From: a virus
Taxonomy: Duplodnaviria; Caudoviricetes
Length of the DNA stretch: 64,000 bases
Virus record (IMG/VR): IMGVR_UViG_3300007734_000748
Span: 769-64,768 of that record
Strand: one strand, 5' to 3'
Shown here: piece by piece, positions 46,480 through 55,033 of the stretch
Layout: each line of letters begins with the position of its first letter
Position numbering within the stretch: position 1 is the stretch's first letter
Program-made: the position numbers and the translations under genes
Notes under the pieces: model-generated
Databases searched by the model: none
What the model was told of the DNA's origin: nothing
Seen by the model: only the letters and a program-made list of their open reading frames with translations

Positions 46480-47203
46480 CGGGCGGGGTGATTCCCCTGG
46501 CCACCTCTATATCTTCAATCAGAGTCGTCTCGCGCTCAAGCCCCAGCACTTTGTCGACGTCGATCTCAAGAGTGGGCACATCCACGGCATGCAGCCGCAT
46601 CATTTTCCTAATCTTGTCTTTGATCGCTTCGTCCAGATCAGACACGTTGTTGTACGTGACTGTGATCTCAGTCTTTTCGGAGAACAGCCCAACGTCTGAA
46701 ATCTTACCCAACATCTCAGCGGCTTTGATCTCAATACGCGGGTCTCCGCAACCGGCCAAATCTAGCAGCTTGTTAGTCACTACTAATCTAAGCTCCGCTG
46801 CGTCTGCAACGAACTGACTGTTGTATTCTTGCAGCATCGTGCCGATTCGCTCGGCGACGGACACTCGCTCAAGAAGAGAGGAATTCTTAGGAGGCTTAGC
46901 TTCTTTGAGGGGTCTGGTTCTTGGACGACCGACGCCTCTTTTGGGCACAGCCTCTACGCCCGTTGATCCCTCTACTTCCATCGCGTCTCTATATTCCCGC
47001 TCTGCCCGCTTTGCAAAGTCTTGAAATACAGCATCCGCGTCCGCTTGGTCCGTGGGGGATTCTTCGTATTGGGCACCAAGCCCTTTCAACACAGCGGCGG
47101 TGTTGGCAGCGATCTGCATGTTTTCGCGCAGAGTCGGAGCTTCCTCGGGTTCAGTACTCTCAGGGTACGGAACCGTCTTGTCGGGATCGATGTAAAGAGT
47201 CAT
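46448..47203 (-). CDS. putative terminase small subunit
   Basis: Directly upstream of terL; IKAAEMLGK...GLF oligomerisation motif; GRPR arm. Confidence 0.7.
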   Translation of the reverse strand: MTLYIDPDKTVPYPESTEPEEAPTLRENMQIAANTAAVLKGLGAQYEESPTDQADADAVFQDFAKRAEREYRDAMEVEGSTGVEAVPKRGVGRPRTRPLKEAKPPKNSSLLERVSVAERIGTMLQEYNSQFVADAAELRLVVTNKLLDLAGCGDPRIEIKAAEMLGKISDVGLFSEKTEITVTYNNVSDLDEAIKDKIRKMMRLHAVDVPTLEIDVDKVLGLERETTLIEDIEVARGITPPDEPPQESAGA

Positions 47204-47235
47204 GGAGGAAAAAGGCACTCCAAAAAGATGGGCGG

Positions 47236-47264
47236 AGTGTAGCAGCATGGAACCAGAAAAACAA
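47236..47264 (-). promoter_or_regulatory. putative late operon promoter
   Basis: TTGTTT-N17-TACACT with TG extension, upstream of the terS candidate. Confidence 0.5.
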
Positions 47265-47612
47265 GGGGGGGGTCTTCTGCAAAAAATATATGGGGGTGGG
47301 GGGTCGGAAAAATAAAAAGTGACGGGGGGTGTTTTTAATTTTTAAACACCCACTGAGCAAAACACTGTGTACGTTCGCGTGACGCACCGTGTTCTCCAAT
47401 TTGGGGGGTGCCACCACGGTGGGTCCGGCGCGGGCGTCGTTTTTTGGAGTAGCGTATCCGGAGCGCGGTCGTTTTGTTTTGAAGTAGCGTAGTCGGAGAA
47501 GATCGCGCCAGATTTTTCCATCCTGTGCTTTGGAATACGCTGTGGAGATTCAACCCTTTTCTGGTGGTTCCTTTATAGTTTAACCATGGACAGCGAGATT
47601 GGCTGGACATCG

Positions 47613-47641
47613 GGAATTGTCGACAGCGTGTCGATTATTCC
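47613..47641. repeat. 29-bp palindrome copy 1
   Basis: GGA ATTG TCGACA GCG TGTCGA TTAT TCC. Confidence 0.9.
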
Positions 47642-47682
47642 TGTGCCGATATTGGCAAGCCTCTTAACTTGGAGATTAAATC

Positions 47683-48330
47683 ATGGCTCAGCAAAACTCT
47701 GTTGCGATCGCATCGGCCATCGCAGTGCAAACCATTGGCGGCGTCCCTGCTGTCGAATTGCAACAAACCATCTTCGCCATTGGTGAAGAAACCTTGGCGG
47801 CTGAAACCGCGATGGCTCGCGGCAAAGAAGCGCTCGATGTGCTCGATTCCAATTTGCATGACATTGTGAAGGGTTTGCCCTACACTGAATTTATGCTGGT
47901 GCGCGACTTCCACAAAGCGGGCGCGATTGACAAGGGCAAATCGGATGACGCGGCGCAGAAAATCTGGGAGCGTCAAATCAATCGGATCGGCTCGACATTT
48001 GACTTCGTCAAGCCCAAGTCAGAGTCGAAAGACGCTGAGCGCAAAGCGGCGGCAAAGGCGGCTGAGATCGCCAAGCTGGCTGAGTTCGGCGATGGCGAGT
48101 TGGATGACCTCAAAGCTGGCTTACTGGCAAAGGGTGACGCCAAGTCGTTGCGCGAAGCGTTGAAACTCAACAAAGAAATCGAGCGGCGCAATGCTACGGA
48201 ATTGGAAGCGGCGAAAGCTCAGCGCAAAGCGATCAGCGACAAACTGATTGCCCGCGTCAAAGAGTTGACCAAAGCGGGCACGGAAGATGCTGATGCGCTG
48301 TTGATCTCGGCTCTGCAAATGCTGAGCTAA
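47683..48330 (+). CDS. hypothetical early protein
   Basis: GGAG RBS, 215 aa Ala/Lys-rich helical protein with its own terminator. Confidence 0.8.
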   Translation: MAQQNSVAIASAIAVQTIGGVPAVELQQTIFAIGEETLAAETAMARGKEALDVLDSNLHDIVKGLPYTEFMLVRDFHKAGAIDKGKSDDAAQKIWERQINRIGSTFDFVKPKSESKDAERKAAAKAAEIAKLAEFGDGELDDLKAGLLAKGDAKSLREALKLNKEIERRNATELEAAKAQRKAISDKLIARVKELTKAGTEDADALLISALQMLS

Positions 48331-48334
48331 ATCT

Positions 48335-48358
48335 TGGGGGGCTTCGGCCCCCTTTTTT
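48335..48358 (+). terminator. rho-independent terminator
   Basis: GGGGGG CTTCGG CCCCC TTTTTT. Confidence 0.85.
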
Positions 48359-48429
48359 CTTCGCCCGCGTTGCCCGCTGATCTTCGATCGGCTGGCGGCG
48401 CGGGCTTTGAAGCCAGTTCCTGTCCGAGC

Positions 48430-48559
48430 AACGGGGTAGCCTATGCTTGCTTATAGGTATCTATCAACTTTGCTGCCCAAAGAACAAGCTGGGCGGGCGG
48501 TGTGAACGGGGTAGCCACGCTCTTCTTTGTATACCAGTTCTCTTGGAAACGGGGTAGCC
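48430..48559 (+). repeat. three direct repeats AACGGGGTAGCC
   Basis: Copies at 48430, 48505 and 48548. Confidence 0.8.
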
Positions 48560-48560
48560 T

Positions 48561-48589
48561 GGAATAGTCGACAAAGTGTCGGTTTCTCC
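48561..48589. repeat. 29-bp palindrome copy 2
   Basis: GGA ATAG TCGACA AAG TGTCGG TTTC TCC. Confidence 0.9.
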
Positions 48590-48925
48590 GGGGCGTCAAG
48601 ACCGCCTCGACCGCTCGGCAAGTGCCCGGCGGGTCTAGTTTTCAAAACGGGCGATGCTAACCTGACACAAAAGCCAGAAACGGGCGACGCTTTCCCACGC
48701 AAATCCCGCATAGTTTGTTGCCATAAAACCACGGCGATACTCTATAAAACCACGGGCGATGCACCCGCCATTTCCCCCACTCCACCTCGCAACGCCTTCA
48801 ATAAGCCTGCAGGAAGCCTCTTCTGGAGGGACACATATTGCACAGGTCTCTTACATTAAAAATCCAGCCCGATTTTCGCAAGTCCTTGTTTTTGTTCTCT
48901 TTATTTATTTATAATAATAATATAA

Positions 48926-49072
48926 TAATAGATGTTATGTGTTGTCGCTATTTTCTGTACCAGTGAGAGGTTCCGTGATTTCCCCCCCGCCAAGCCCGAC
49001 CACCTCGCCACCCCAACTTTTGACCCCCCTCCTCTAGGTACAAAAAAGAGCGACAACACATAACATCTATTA
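48926..49072. repeat. long inverted repeat next to an AT-rich tract (candidate origin)
   Basis: TAATAGATGTTATGTGTTGTCGCT (48926-48949) is the exact reverse complement of 49049-49072; imperfect pairing extends inward. Confidence 0.85.
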
Positions 49073-49113
49073 CATTATCCTCAAAAACGGGGTAAACACT
49101 AGGGTTTTGGGGC

Positions 49114-49143
49114 TTGATTAAATAAGAGATGTGTGCATATAAT
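49114..49143 (+). promoter_or_regulatory. sigma70-type promoter
   Basis: TTGATT-N18-TATAAT. Confidence 0.55.
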
Positions 49144-49174
49144 GTCCCTCCACAGCACTTTTTAAAGGACCCCT

Positions 49175-49885
49175 ATGTCACGCACGCCCAAGTACAAGAA
49201 CGCAGACGACCTCTTCGCCAACTGCAGGCAGGTCAACGACTGCCTCATCTGGCCCCAAACCTCCAGCACCCTCTCCACCCCGACCTTCTCACCCATGTCC
49301 ACGCTGGCGATGAAGTTCAACACCACCAGCATCGTCAGGGTCACCTTCACCCTATGTCGACACATCCCGTCTCGCGGTCGCTTGGTCCGGTGTTGCGATC
49401 AACCCTACTGCATCAACCCTTACCACTATGTTGAAGCCACGGCGATTCGCAAGAAGCGCCTCAAGAACGGACAGCCCAATGCTTTGCTTCCTGATCAGGA
49501 AGGTGTCCGCGATCTGATCGCACCATCGGAAGAGGAACTGCGGGCGATGCGGCCAAAGGACCCCGACTTACTTATCATGCTTGCGAACTCTGCCCTCACA
49601 GCGGGCTACGATGGCCGGGGCATCCTCAACGGGCGCGGCGTGTTCACCGCCCTCAAAGCACCCAAGTACGCCGACCCCAACAAACCGTTGCTTGTCATAC
49701 GCCGCCGCGAAGAGCCGCCAAAGAAAGCCTCGACATTCGTTGACCCAATCACGCCCGAGATGGAGACAGAAAAAGAAGGCTTCCTTGGCCCGTACTTCGA
49801 CATGCTCATGGCCAAGAAGAAAGAAAAGGAGCGAATTGCGGCCCAGGGTTATCCCGACCCCATAGATGGCCGAAATGACCGTTGA
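49175..49885 (+). CDS. protein with degenerate HNH (His-Cys box-like) domain
   Basis: DCLIW...CCDQPYCINPYHY. Confidence 0.7.
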   Translation: MSRTPKYKNADDLFANCRQVNDCLIWPQTSSTLSTPTFSPMSTLAMKFNTTSIVRVTFTLCRHIPSRGRLVRCCDQPYCINPYHYVEATAIRKKRLKNGQPNALLPDQEGVRDLIAPSEEELRAMRPKDPDLLIMLANSALTAGYDGRGILNGRGVFTALKAPKYADPNKPLLVIRRREEPPKKASTFVDPITPEMETEKEGFLGPYFDMLMAKKKEKERIAAQGYPDPIDGRNDR

Positions 49886-49917
49886 GCGGAATCAGGTGCC
49901 AAAACGCGGAGAGGGAC

Positions 49918-49946
49918 TTGACAAAGTCTAATTAGTGTGTTAGAAT
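49918..49946 (+). promoter_or_regulatory. sigma70-type promoter with AAGTCTAA element
   Basis: TTGACA-N17-TAGAAT. Confidence 0.8.
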
Positions 49947-49999
49947 GTACTTTGTACATTTGGGATAGCGCACGGATGTACAGGGGTTTTTCTGCCCTC

Positions 50000-50028
50000 G
50001 GAGTTTTCGACATGGTGTCGATTTCTCC
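50000..50028. repeat. 29-bp palindrome copy 3
   Basis: GGA GTTT TCGACA TGG TGTCGA TTTC TCC. Confidence 0.9.
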
Positions 50029-50055
50029 AGTCCCTCAACCTTTATTGGAGTTTGT

Positions 50056-50142
50056 ATGAATCTCTCAGACCGCGTAACACGCGTTGTGTTTCTGCTGGCA
50101 CTTGTGGTGCTGGCCCTTGATCTCATGGTGTGGCGGGCATGA
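50056..50142 (+). CDS. 28-aa single-TM peptide
   Basis: GGAG RBS; MNLSDRVTRVVFLLALVVLALDLMVWRA; ATGA overlap with the next gene. Confidence 0.55.
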   Translation: MNLSDRVTRVVFLLALVVLALDLMVWRA

Positions 50143-50414
50143 CTCCCCATACTAGAGAATCAGTTGACGCTGTGGCAGCACGCGTCGACTACGACTGGCG
50201 CATGTGTCCCCGTTGCGGGGACGATGTGCATGTAGAGCGTTGGAACCTCGGTTTCAAACTCTGCTTATTCTGTGGCCAAGAGGCCGCAGAGGCTGATCGC
50301 GCATCCTGGTGCGTAGTGCAAACATACGGCAAGGGGCCGTATATGCTGGTGACCCAAGCGTCTGCACCCCAGACGCTGAAAGACACCAATCAGAAAAACA
50401 CCCGTTCGGAGTAA
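50139..50414 (+). CDS. C4 zinc-finger protein (DksA/TraR finger-like)
   Basis: CPRCGDDV..ER......CLFC. Confidence 0.7.
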   Translation: MTPHTRESVDAVAARVDYDWRMCPRCGDDVHVERWNLGFKLCLFCGQEAAEADRASWCVVQTYGKGPYMLVTQASAPQTLKDTNQKNTRSE

Positions 50415-50436
50415 TCGACACGGTGTCGATTTCTCC
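50408..50436. repeat. 29-bp palindrome copy 4
   Basis: GGA GTAA TCGACA CGG TGTCGA TTTC TCC. Confidence 0.9.
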
Positions 50437-50477
50437 TGTATCTCACTATATAAACCTTCACTTTCAAGGAAACGAAA

Positions 50478-51554
50478 ATGTCAGACATTAACTTCAACCG
50501 CCGCGTGGACCATGACGAGGCCGTGGCCATTCTCCTCAATTCGGGTGGCAACTCCGTGCACCTGCGGGGCGAGCCGGGCGTGGGCAAGACGGCCATTCAG
50601 GATGTGCTGGTCGCCAAGACCGGATACCACAAGGTCTACATTGACGGGCCTAACACCGATGTGGGTCAAGCGGGCATGCCCATCCCCAACCACGACAAGC
50701 GCATCTTGGACTTCTACCCAGCGGGCAGTTTCAAACTGCACCTGAACGAGCCGTGCGTGATCATGATTGACGAGTGGACCAAGACCGACGACTATGTCCG
50801 CAATACCCTGCACCCGTTGTTGCACGAGCGTCGCCTTGGCGACTACAACCTGCACCCCGACACCATCGTGTTCACCACGGGCAACATGGACGGCGATGGC
50901 GTGGGTGACTCGGTCAAGAAGCACACCGTCAACCGCCAGACATGGCTCACATACATGAAACCGACTGCGGCCAAGTGGTTGGTGTGGGCGGGCAACGCGG
51001 ACATTGCGCCAGAGGTTATGGCCTGGGTCAAGGAGTACGAGCACTGCATGCACAGCTACATGGACGGCGGGCAGAAAGACAACCCGTATATCTTCAACCC
51101 AACCAATGCGGCGCAGACCAGCTTCGTGTCGCCGCGCTCGCTGGAGAAGGCGTCACGCTGGGTGAAGGTGCGCAATCAGTTGACAGAGAACAGCTTGATT
51201 GCCTGTCTTGACGGCACACTGGGTATCGCAGGCAGTCGTGACTTGCAGGCGTACATCAGCTTGTCCGATCAACTCCCGACCCGTGAGGCGATTGAGAACT
51301 CGCCCGAATCGGTGGTCATGCCCACCAGCCCCGCCGCCTTGTGCATCTTGGCGTTCAAGGGCGTGGCCGTTGTGACCCGTGACACCTACGCGGCGTGGAT
51401 GAGGTTCGTTCGGCGCATGCCCAAAGAGACCCAAGCTGTATTCATTAACAGCTTACTGGAGGTGCGTGAGAAGAAGCAGTGGGCCATGTCTCACCCCTCG
51501 TTCGTCACCTGGGCCCGCGAGAACCAGTACATGTTTGCTGGCCTCAAGGGATAA
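50478..51554 (+). CDS. MoxR-like AAA+ ATPase
   Basis: GEPGVGKT Walker A, IMIDE Walker B, TTGN sensor, NR arginine finger and SPRS. Confidence 0.88.
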   Translation: MSDINFNRRVDHDEAVAILLNSGGNSVHLRGEPGVGKTAIQDVLVAKTGYHKVYIDGPNTDVGQAGMPIPNHDKRILDFYPAGSFKLHLNEPCVIMIDEWTKTDDYVRNTLHPLLHERRLGDYNLHPDTIVFTTGNMDGDGVGDSVKKHTVNRQTWLTYMKPTAAKWLVWAGNADIAPEVMAWVKEYEHCMHSYMDGGQKDNPYIFNPTNAAQTSFVSPRSLEKASRWVKVRNQLTENSLIACLDGTLGIAGSRDLQAYISLSDQLPTREAIENSPESVVMPTSPAALCILAFKGVAVVTRDTYAAWMRFVRRMPKETQAVFINSLLEVREKKQWAMSHPSFVTWARENQYMFAGLKG

Positions 51555-51577
51555 ATCGACAACTTGTCTAAAACTCC
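51549..51577. repeat. 29-bp palindrome copy 5
   Basis: GGA TAAA TCGACA ACT TGTCTA AAAC TCC. Confidence 0.8.
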
Positions 51578-51587
51578 GGAGAAACAA

Positions 51588-51866
51588 ATGACTAAAGTAA
51601 AGAAAGCATCCTTCAACGAAGTGTATGCAAGCTGGAAGATTCTGCGTAGCGGGTTTGACCGCATGGAGAAGGATATTCTCATCCTCATGCGTCACGCCGA
51701 TGCGACACCCGAGCAACTGATGGAGGCTCATGCTCTGTATCAGGATTCGTACAAACGCATATGCGCCATGCAGGACAAGCTGATTGAGAGATCAGCGGGC
51801 TCGTTCATGCTGGACAGGTACTTCAACACGCCTGTGTCACTGGCTGAACCGAGGGAGACTGTATGA
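51588..51866 (+). CDS. hypothetical protein
   Basis: GGAG RBS; helical. Confidence 0.7.
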   Translation: MTKVKKASFNEVYASWKILRSGFDRMEKDILILMRHADATPEQLMEAHALYQDSYKRICAMQDKLIERSAGSFMLDRYFNTPVSLAEPRETV

Positions 51867-52072
51867 CTGACACCGAAACACTACTGGTGCTGGGGAACTG
51901 CGTGATGGTGGGGCTCTATGCCTACGAGCGGGCGAGGCTGTCCTTCTTCAAGCGAGCCCTTATCGCGTTAATGGAAGCGGTTCAAGAAGCTGCCGACAAA
52001 AAAGGTTCGTTCACCCGAACGACCGATGGAAGTATTCAATTCAAGGAGATCAAAAATGCTGGTAATAAGTAA
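51863..52072 (+). CDS. hypothetical membrane protein
   Basis: GAGGGAG RBS; N-terminal hydrophobic stretch. Confidence 0.65.
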   Translation: MTDTETLLVLGNCVMVGLYAYERARLSFFKRALIALMEAVQEAADKKGSFTRTTDGSIQFKEIKNAGNK

Positions 52073-53345
52073 GCCGACGGCCAAGCCCAAGCTGGCCGCA
52101 GAGAAGCGCATTGAGGTGGTGCATGTGTCCCTCATGCAGGACAAGCGGTTCGCCCTGTTCGCTGGCCTGTTCATGGTGGGCAAGACGAGCGTGGATGACA
52201 CGACCCCCACTGCCAGGACCAACGGGCGTGACGCTACCTACGGGCGGGCGTTCGTGGACTCGCTGACTGACAAGGAGTTAGCCTTTCTTGTCATGCACGA
52301 GAACATGCACAAGTGTTACCGCCATCTCACTACATGGCGTAACCTGTACGACGACAACCATTCGTTGGCCAACGTCGCATGTGATCATGTCATCAACCTC
52401 CAGCTTGAGGCGATGGACCCCAACGAGACAATGCTCGTGCATCCCCGTGACAAGGTGACGGGCAAGCGGATGGGTGCGCACGACCCACGCTTCACGGACA
52501 TGGATGCGCGGCAGGTCTACGACATTCTCAAGGAAGAGTGCAAGGGCGGGCGTAAAGGGCGCGGCGGTGGCGGCGAGCCTTCCGATGGGCAGGGCGAGCC
52601 AGGGGATGGGAATGATCGACAAGGTGTCGATGGTTCCGGGCTTGACGAGCACGATTGGGAAGGTGCACAGGACGGGCTTAGCGAGGGCGAGAAGAAACAG
52701 CTTGAGCGTGACATCGACCAAGCCCTGCGCCAAGGCGGCATCTACGCGGGCAAGATGGGTGGACAAATGTCCCGTGAGATCGGTGAGTTGCTCACACCCA
52801 GGGTTGACTGGCGTGAGGTGGTGCGGGTGTTTGTCAAGACACACTTGCGCGATCGTCAGGCTCCGTCATGGCGCAAGGCGCACCGCAACTATCTGTGGCA
52901 GGACATCATCCTACCCAGCGTGATAGGTAAGCGGGTCAAGCATCTTGTGCTGGCGATGGATACTTCTGGCTCTGTGGTAGGCGATCTGCTCACCATGTTC
53001 CTGAGCGAGTTCAATAAGGTCGTAACGGATACGAATCCCGAGCGGGTTGATGTACTGTACTGGGACACCGATGTCGCAGGGCATGAGACCTACAAGGGTG
53101 CAGACAAGAAGTCCATCGTGCATCAGACCAACCCCAAGGGTGGGGGTGGCACGGACCCTGACTGCGTACCTGTGTTCATGCAAGAGCATGAGCTAACGCC
53201 TGATGTGCTTGTGATTCTCTCTGATGGGTACATGAGCAGTAATCCGGCGAAGTGGGCGGGCGTGACATGCCCTGTCCTGTGGTGCATTATTGGTAGCAAA
53301 AGCTTTACCCCTCCAGTGGGTCAGCTTGTCAACATTAAGGATTGA
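52056..53345 (+). CDS. DUF2201-family metallopeptidase + vWA protein
   Basis: TARTNG, HENMH (HExxH), NVACD.VIN, DTSGS (MIDAS), GGGGTD and LSDG. Confidence 0.88.
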   Translation: MLVISKPTAKPKLAAEKRIEVVHVSLMQDKRFALFAGLFMVGKTSVDDTTPTARTNGRDATYGRAFVDSLTDKELAFLVMHENMHKCYRHLTTWRNLYDDNHSLANVACDHVINLQLEAMDPNETMLVHPRDKVTGKRMGAHDPRFTDMDARQVYDILKEECKGGRKGRGGGGEPSDGQGEPGDGNDRQGVDGSGLDEHDWEGAQDGLSEGEKKQLERDIDQALRQGGIYAGKMGGQMSREIGELLTPRVDWREVVRVFVKTHLRDRQAPSWRKAHRNYLWQDIILPSVIGKRVKHLVLAMDTSGSVVGDLLTMFLSEFNKVVTDTNPERVDVLYWDTDVAGHETYKGADKKSIVHQTNPKGGGGTDPDCVPVFMQEHELTPDVLVILSDGYMSSNPAKWAGVTCPVLWCIIGSKSFTPPVGQLVNIKD

Positions 53346-53347
53346 TC

Positions 53348-53599
53348 ATGGACGATGACAAAGTAATACTGAAGATCAGTGGCAACTTGTTTTATCTGGA
53401 CATGACCGAGGCTCTCGCGGTTGCGAAGGTCTTGTGTAGCGTGTCGCGCATCAAGGAGATGCGGATAGCCGAGGATTGGGGGAGTGTGATGAGCGGCCCT
53501 GAACTTGATTCGGTGAGTATCCAGCCCATGACCGCGCACTATTGGTTGCAGTTGGAGACCAACCGCAAGATCAAGGAAGAAAGAGAGGCGAAAAAATGA
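53348..53599 (+). CDS. hypothetical protein
   Basis: AAGGA RBS; follows the vWA gene. Confidence 0.65.
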   Translation: MDDDKVILKISGNLFYLDMTEALAVAKVLCSVSRIKEMRIAEDWGSVMSGPELDSVSIQPMTAHYWLQLETNRKIKEEREAKK

Positions 53600-53751
53600 C
53601 ACCGGGTAACTACAACATCAACCTCAACAGGGAGACCTTTGAGTTGTTGCAGAAGGTGCGCGATGACCTTGGCGTGAAGCTGGGGTTTGAGCCTACCTAC
53701 GGGCAGGTGGTACGCCATCTGATTAGTATGTACAACACAGCAGTGGGGTAA
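53596..53751 (+). CDS. small putative ribbon-helix-helix protein
   Basis: YNINLNRETFELL...TYGQVVRHLI; GAGG RBS. Confidence 0.6.
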   Translation: MTPGNYNINLNRETFELLQKVRDDLGVKLGFEPTYGQVVRHLISMYNTAVG

Positions 53752-53947
53752 ATCGTCATGCCTTTAGTTGTTTTAGGTAAAGGGATAGTTGACTATCAAC
53801 GACCCAACGAACAGGAACTTCCCAAGATTGGGAGTCTTGTCTGCATGAATGAAATCGTGCAGTCTCAGCATCGGCGTGCGCAGATAGCTCAGCTATCTAT
53901 CAGCATGTCTCTTATTCAAGAAGTGTATCTTCACAAGGAGAATCAAA

Positions 53948-55021
53948 ATGGCTTACGGGTATAGCAGTTACAACACAGCGGGCGTGCCGCACCTCAAGAG
54001 TTTCTCGCAAGCGAAGCACAGGTACGAGCAGACCAAGCCCATCAAAGGGCATCCACAAAGCGTTAGGCCATTCGGGGTACGCCGTTACCACAAGATGGCG
54101 AGCATCTCGATGCCCGACGCAGACACGGTCAACCTGGAGTACTACGGGAAAACTCTCGTGCAGTGGCGGTCGGACAACACCTACACGGTCTATCGTCCGG
54201 TGCATGCCAGCGCGTATGTACCAGACAACACCAGCCAGTATGTGCCCGAGGGGGCATTCGGTTGGAAGCATGGCGAAATATATGTGACGCTGAAGGGTGG
54301 CAAAGAGTACTTCTTCCCAGATGGAGGCAAGCTGGAGTTTCAAGTGACGGGCAACCACCACCTGTTGCTCAACAAGCCTGTGGCCTACGCTACCCGCACG
54401 AACAGGAATGTGGCGATGAAGATCATGGCTAAGTACCAGCCCTTCATGGATTGGTTGCAGGTCGTGGCGGGCGTGAAGCGTCATGTCGACATGGATGAAG
54501 CGCAGGAAGCGTGCGATCGACTTCGGCGGCTTGCCGATGTTCCCTCTGAGGAATCCTTTGACAAAGCAATACGAAACACTGAACCACGCTCTACCTCTGA
54601 AGCATGGACGCTGTATGGCGAGCGGCGTAACGCTTGCTACCTCCCGTTCCGGGGGGCCAATTCGCGCTATTCCTACACCCACTTCCACCGCCCAAGCTGT
54701 GAGTTGATTGACTCGTGGCTTACGGACGAGAACGCGGAGAATTGGGTGCAAGCTATGTATGTCATCGCACGGCATCAGGGTCAGCACTTGCACTTTAGGG
54801 ATGTAGGTGGCGCGTACAGGCACACGAAAACTATTCTGCCCGTTAACAAGGCAGTGGAGTTTCTCAGGGCGTTGACTTCATTCCTGCACAGGGACGAGGT
54901 GTTCACCCGTGAGCGTCTACCTGACGGGCAGTTACCCACCAGGACCAACCTCAACTTCTTTCACGAGATTCACATTCGCAACCTCGGAACAATCGACAAA
55001 GTGTCGAAGATTCCTAACTAA
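53948..55021 (+). CDS. hypothetical protein (357 aa)
   Basis: AAGGAG RBS; long ORF with phage-like codon usage. Confidence 0.8.
   Translation: MAYGYSSYNTAGVPHLKSFSQAKHRYEQTKPIKGHPQSVRPFGVRRYHKMASISMPDADTVNLEYYGKTLVQWRSDNTYTVYRPVHASAYVPDNTSQYVPEGAFGWKHGEIYVTLKGGKEYFFPDGGKLEFQVTGNHHLLLNKPVAYATRTNRNVAMKIMAKYQPFMDWLQVVAGVKRHVDMDEAQEACDRLRRLADVPSEESFDKAIRNTEPRSTSEAWTLYGERRNACYLPFRGANSRYSYTHFHRPSCELIDSWLTDENAENWVQAMYVIARHQGQHLHFRDVGGAYRHTKTILPVNKAVEFLRALTSFLHRDEVFTRERLPDGQLPTRTNLNFFHEIHIRNLGTIDKVSKIPN
54986..55014. repeat. 29-bp palindrome copy 6
   Basis: GGA ACAA TCGACA AAG TGTCGA AGAT TCC. Confidence 0.9.
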
Positions 55022-55033
55022 CTGGAGAACACC

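Noticed and set aside
48451-48859. ORFs in the repeat-rich spacer
   Set aside because: No RBS and composition unlike the other genes; the region is better explained as noncoding
53912-54823. 303-aa - strand ORF and similar long antisense ORFs (e.g. 38971-39726, 15834-16595, 50481-51053)
   Set aside because: They lie opposite well-supported genes, lack RBS and protein-like motifs, and are expected from codon bias
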